Shown: positions 19,717-23,477 of the stretch, in pieces
Numbering within the stretch: the first letter of the stretch is position 1
Layout of the letters: each line of letters begins with the position of its first letter
Assembly (NCBI GenBank): GCA_049599475.1
Contig: JBMYOQ010000065.1
Span: 1 to 23,477, forward strand
Source: Opitutales bacterium
GTDB lineage: Bacteria > Verrucomicrobiota > Verrucomicrobiia > Opitutales > JABSRG01
Length of the DNA stretch: 23,477 bases
Direction of reading: 5' to 3'
Notes under the pieces: model-generated
Database searches by the model: none
What the model was told of the DNA's origin: nothing
The model's input: only the letters and a program-made list of their open reading frames with translations
Position numbers and translations under genes: made by a program

Positions 19717-21570
19717 TTACGATGCCATGGCCTTGTGTGTAGGCGCCTGATACGTTTTCCGGTCTTCGTATTCTGCTTGTTTGCCGTCATTCCACTGAGA
19801 CACGGGGCGGAGGTAGCCTACTATGCGGGAATATACCTCTGTTTCACGCTGGCAGTGTGGGCACTCTGGGTGCTCGCCGCTGAGGTAGCCGTGTTCGGGG
19901 CAGATTGAAAAAGTGGGAGTAATGGAAAAATAGGGCAAACTGTAGTTTTCCATCACGCTCTTGATTAATTTTTTCACGGCGCGCGTGTCGCACAGGCGCT
20001 CGCCTAGGAAACCGTGTAGGACCGTGCCGCCGGTATAGAGCGTCTGAAGGGCTTCTTGGTGGTCTAATACGGAAAAAAGATCCTCTGAAAATCCAACGGG
20101 CAGGTGGGTGGAGTTTGTATAGTAAGGCTGCGCTGTGGGATCTTTCTGGGCCGAGATAATATTGGGGTGTCGGTCATGATCGCTGCGTGCAAAGCGGTAG
20201 CTTGTCGATTCGCCTGGGGTTGCCTCGAGGTTGTATAGATTTCCTGTCGTATCCTGGTATTCGCTGAGCCTGTCACGCATAAAGGTGAGGGCGCGTTGCG
20301 CGAAGGCGTGTCCGTCTGGGCTGGAAATGGATGCGCCGATAAGGTTTTCGCAGGCTTCGTTCATGCCGAGCAGGCCAATCGTCGAGAAGTGGTTTTCCCA
20401 ATACTTGCCGAAGCGTTCAAAGATCCCTTGTAGATATCGTGCAGCATACGGATAGAGGCGCGCGCGGGTCAGGCGCTCTAAGACCGAGCGTTTAATTTCG
20501 AGGCTGTCCCGAGCCAGGTCCATCAGATGCGCGAGTTCGTCGAAAAACTCTGTTTCGCTCTCCGCATTATATGCGATGCGCGGTAGGTTTAGGGTGACTA
20601 CGCCAATGCTGCCGGTAAGTGGATTTGCCCCGAATAAGCCACCACCGCGTTTGCGGAGCTCTGTATTATCTATTCGGAGACGACAGCACATGGAGCGAGC
20701 GTCGTCGGGAGACATATCGGAGTTTACGAAATTGGCGAAATAGGGGATCCCATACTTTGCGGTTGCTTCCCAGAGAGTTTCCAGGTGGTCGGCTTCCCAG
20801 TCAAAGTCGGGTGTGATGTTGATTGTGGGGATGGGAAAAGAAAATAGGCGTCCACAGGCGTCGCCCTCAGTCATGAGCTCGAAGAAGACCTCGTTGAAGA
20901 GGTTCATTTCGGCTTGGAATTGGTCGTAGGTCTCCAGCATGAGCTGACCGCCGATCGATACGGGAGTTTTGGCGAGATGCTTGGGGCAGGTGAGGTCGAG
21001 CGTGATGTTCGTAAAGGGAGTTTGAAAGCCGACGCGGGTAGGGACATTTATATTGAATAAGAATTCTTGGAGGGCCTGCCTGACCTGTTCGCGGGATAAT
21101 TGGTCGAAGTGAATAAAGGGAGCGAGCAGGGTATCAAAATTGGCAAAGGCCTGTGCGCCGGCGGCCTCGCCCTGCAGCGTATATAGGAAATTGACGACTT
21201 GCCCCAGCGCCGTGCGAAGGTGTTTCGCGGGTAGAGCGTCTACTTTTCCGGATACACCGCCGAACCCCTCGTTGAGAAGGCTTTGTAAATCCCAGCCGAC
21301 ACAATAGACGCTCACCTGATTTAAGTCGTGGATGTGCAGTGCCGCCGACTCGTGGGCATCTTTGACCTCATCGGGGTAAACGTTGCTGAGCCAATATTGC
21401 TTGCTCGCTTGACCGGATATATAGGCGTTCAGCCCTTGCAGAGAATAGCTAGTGTTGCTATTTTCTTTGACCTGCCAATCGAGTTGAGAGAGATAGTTTT
21501 CGATGTCGACGGTTTGCTGTGATTGGACGGATTCGGAGATGGGTAGGATTTCGGGTGTAGTATCGGGCAT
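19717..21570 (-). CDS. nrdD: Class III (anaerobic) ribonucleoside-triphosphate reductase, lacking an ATP cone
   Basis: HIHDL...YCVGW, RSMCCRL, TGSIGVVTLNLPR, EATPGES, C-terminal CxxH...CxxC and glycyl-radical motif YSRIVGYLRPV. ATG start at 21570 gives 617 aa. Confidence 0.96.
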   Translation of the reverse strand: MPDTTPEILPISESVQSQQTVDIENYLSQLDWQVKENSNTSYSLQGLNAYISGQASKQYWLSNVYPDEVKDAHESAALHIHDLNQVSVYCVGWDLQSLLNEGFGGVSGKVDALPAKHLRTALGQVVNFLYTLQGEAAGAQAFANFDTLLAPFIHFDQLSREQVRQALQEFLFNINVPTRVGFQTPFTNITLDLTCPKHLAKTPVSIGGQLMLETYDQFQAEMNLFNEVFFELMTEGDACGRLFSFPIPTINITPDFDWEADHLETLWEATAKYGIPYFANFVNSDMSPDDARSMCCRLRIDNTELRKRGGGLFGANPLTGSIGVVTLNLPRIAYNAESETEFFDELAHLMDLARDSLEIKRSVLERLTRARLYPYAARYLQGIFERFGKYWENHFSTIGLLGMNEACENLIGASISSPDGHAFAQRALTFMRDRLSEYQDTTGNLYNLEATPGESTSYRFARSDHDRHPNIISAQKDPTAQPYYTNSTHLPVGFSEDLFSVLDHQEALQTLYTGGTVLHGFLGERLCDTRAVKKLIKSVMENYSLPYFSITPTFSICPEHGYLSGEHPECPHCQRETEVYSRIVGYLRPVSQWNDGKQAEYEDRKTYQAPTHKAMAS

Positions 21571-21571
21571 A

Positions 21572-21618
21572 GCACAAGATGTAGTGGTTTCGTTTCGTGT
21601 TGTGTCTGTATCTAGGGT
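21572..21618 (-). promoter_or_regulatory. Tandem NrdR boxes
   Basis: Minus-strand 16-mers CCACTACATCTTGTGC (21572-21587) and ACCCTAGATACAGACA (21603-21618) resemble the NrdR consensus acaCwAtATaTwGtgt. Both are centred on AT, 31 bp apart, immediately upstream of nrdD. Confidence 0.78.
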
Positions 21619-21758
21619 TTTTTCGCTGAGTGCTCGCAATTAAAAAGACCGATTTTTACCTCGAGTGAGCCGATTATTATGGGGCCTTATTGAATCCTGA
21701 AAGAGGCTTTATTATTGAGGTTGTGGGATATGCTAGCTTCTAGGTAGTATTAGAAATT

Positions 21759-22478
21759 ATGAACATTATCCTGATCGAAAGCGGAGAGGTAGAACAGCGG
21801 TTTGATTCTGAAGATCGCGTGTATTTGCATGTCTGTGACGTATTGAGGATGCGAGAGAATGATGTTTTCGATATCGGCCAAATCGACGGCCCGCGAGGTA
21901 AGGCGACGATAGTCAAATTGGATGAAAAACAGCTATTTGTATCCATCGCTTGGGGGGAACGGCCGGAGCCTGTCCGTGATCTTACAATGCTTTTGGGCTT
22001 ATCCAGACCTCAGACGGTTCAGAAGCAATTAAATGTCCTGGCGACATTGGGGGTGTCTCAAATGTATTTTTTCCCTACTGACCGCGGTGAGAAAGGGTAT
22101 GCGCAGAGTCGGGTATGGCGCGATGGTCTATGGCGGCGCCATGTTTTGGAAGGTGTTGAGCAGGCATTTGCGACTACAATACCGGAGGTTGAGCTATTTG
22201 ATTCTCTCAGCGCGGTTTTGGATTCGTTGAAAAACACAGATTCGCTCAGTTGCGTCCTAGATAATTATGAAGCTCATGCGAGTCTTAGAAGCGCACTAGA
22301 GTCCGAGAATGAGTCTACCCCGGTCGTAGTTGCGATAGGTTCGGAGCGTGGGTGGTCTGCAAAAGAGCGCGAGGACTTCAGGGCGAAGAGGTTTACCTTT
22401 GCACATTTGGGCTCGAGAGTCCTCAGGTGCGAGACTGCTGCAACTGTTTCTGCTGCATCGGTTTTGGGTGCTATATAG
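21759..22478 (+). CDS. rsmE: 16S rRNA m3U1498 methyltransferase
   Basis: HVCDVLR, ATLGV, EQA, IGSERGWS and LGSRVLRCETA SPOUT motifs. Confidence 0.92.
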   Translation: MNIILIESGEVEQRFDSEDRVYLHVCDVLRMRENDVFDIGQIDGPRGKATIVKLDEKQLFVSIAWGERPEPVRDLTMLLGLSRPQTVQKQLNVLATLGVSQMYFFPTDRGEKGYAQSRVWRDGLWRRHVLEGVEQAFATTIPEVELFDSLSAVLDSLKNTDSLSCVLDNYEAHASLRSALESENESTPVVVAIGSERGWSAKEREDFRAKRFTFAHLGSRVLRCETAATVSAASVLGAI

Positions 22479-22506
22479 GCCCATTTTCGAGAAGATCGGC
22501 TGCGCT

Positions 22507-22581
22507 TTACAATTAGTTAGCGAAATTGTAACAGCGGCTCTAACGGTTTGTTAACTAGGTTCTTGCTTACTAGTTAACAAA
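22507..22581. promoter_or_regulatory. Two AT-rich inverted repeats, candidate operators or terminator
   Basis: TTACAATT-N9-AATTGTAA (22507-22531) and a perfect 12-bp TTTGTTAACTAG-N11-CTAGTTAACAAA (22547-22581), upstream of the outer-membrane protein gene. Confidence 0.4.
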
Positions 22582-22694
22582 TGCCTGGGGGACCATAAAT
22601 AATCTAAATTATTTCCAAAAAGCATTACAGAATTACAGAGATGAGACCGTGTTTTCATGTGAACCTCGAAACCGCACACTGATTTCGACACACT

Positions 22695-23444
22695 ATGACT
22701 ACACTAAGATGCTCTGCTTTCCTAATAGCTATTATCGTATACAATTTCTTGGGCCAATCCAAGTCCCACGCCTTCGATATAGATGTCGGATATGAACTTT
22801 TTTACGGTACCCAACTTCTCGATAAGGGAGGTGAATACTTTGGAGATGAATCGGCGATTCTCCAAGGAGTCTCGATAGACTTCGGAGATACAGGCTTTGG
22901 ATTCGATTTAGGCTACCGGTTTTCTGGATCCCGAGGGTATGTCAATAAGGAGCGGATCGACTACAAGCTGAGGTACGGTTCATCCGTTTTTGAAGAAGAG
23001 CGCCACCAAATTGATTACGGCCTAGGCTTCATCTATCATCAGCACCATCGCGGGGAGGCCGTGTTTGAAGATTTTTATGAATGGGAAATGTCTCTGGCTA
23101 TGCCGCGGCTGCTTCCTGGAAGCTGGACGCCCAGTTACACCGTGGCCGCAGAGCATGCCTTGGAGGACAGTATTTTGGATGCCGGTTGGTGGCATCGAAT
23201 TGCTGTCGACAAAGTATTTCAGATTGAGGGCGTTTCGCCACCGCTGAAATTTCATGCGGATTTAGCCTACCGAGACGGGTTGGGGGGAATAAATGCCTGG
23301 ACCCATTCCACATTTGGCCTGGGCGCGGACTTTAAGCTTCTTGAGAATTTAGTGCTTTCACCGAATGCCTTGTATCAGGTTTCTCTGTCGGACCGTTTAA
23401 CAGACGAAAACGTAGCGGCCTTTGTGTGTCATTTTGCGGGTTAA
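22695..23444 (+). CDS. Putative outer-membrane beta-barrel protein, C-terminus truncated by the IS
   Basis: Signal peptide (SHA-F) and alternating aromatic/polar beta-strand pattern. The last codons (CHFAG*) are read from IS end sequence starting at 23427. Confidence 0.65.
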   Translation: MTTLRCSAFLIAIIVYNFLGQSKSHAFDIDVGYELFYGTQLLDKGGEYFGDESAILQGVSIDFGDTGFGFDLGYRFSGSRGYVNKERIDYKLRYGSSVFEEERHQIDYGLGFIYHQHHRGEAVFEDFYEWEMSLAMPRLLPGSWTPSYTVAAEHALEDSILDAGWWHRIAVDKVFQIEGVSPPLKFHADLAYRDGLGGINAWTHSTFGLGADFKLLENLVLSPNALYQVSLSDRLTDENVAAFVCHFAG

Positions 23445-23477
23445 AGTGCACCACTCGTTTGCGGGTCAAAGTGCACC
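23427..23477. mobile_element. Terminus of an IS21-family-like insertion sequence; element body lies off the right edge
   Basis: TGTCATTTTGCGGGTTAAAGTGCACCACTCGTTTGCGGGTCAAAGTGCACC: TG tip plus two tandem TTTGCGGGTYAAAGTGCACC repeats, inverted relative to positions 1-53. Confidence 0.8.

Noticed and set aside
19713..19790. N-terminal extension of nrdG overlapping nrdD
   Set aside because: NrdG-like sequence begins at the ATG at 19712; the extension is an alternate frame of the nrdD 3' end.

Overview
A bacterial chromosomal segment, probably Verrucomicrobiota (Opitutales/Puniceicoccaceae-like). The taxon is inferred from gene content and protein style, not from a search. Both ends of the window are IS21-family-like terminal repeats, and each cuts a gene: a vWA-type protein on the left and a beta-barrel outer-membrane protein on the right. 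Left to right between them: a vWA remnant-SIMPL-histidine kinase-response regulator operon; eno; a compact exosortase cassette (exosortase with EpsI-like C-terminal domain, a divergent membrane-anchored TPR protein, and two tandem paralogous LamG-like PEP-CTERM proteins whose largest difference is one loop of opposite chemistry); a TPR lipoprotein-dnaG-rpoD-small lipoprotein operon; a secreted, divergent DUF362-like protein; class III RNR nrdD-nrdG (no ATP cone) with tandem NrdR boxes; rsmE; and the truncated outer-membrane protein. All three convergent intergenic regions hold clusters of REP/REPIN-like palindromes from several sequence families. Two clusters are nested, and one contains a 212-bp tandem duplication. 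The best candidates for something undescribed are the exosortase/TPR/variable-loop PEP-CTERM cassette and the nested multi-family REP architecture.
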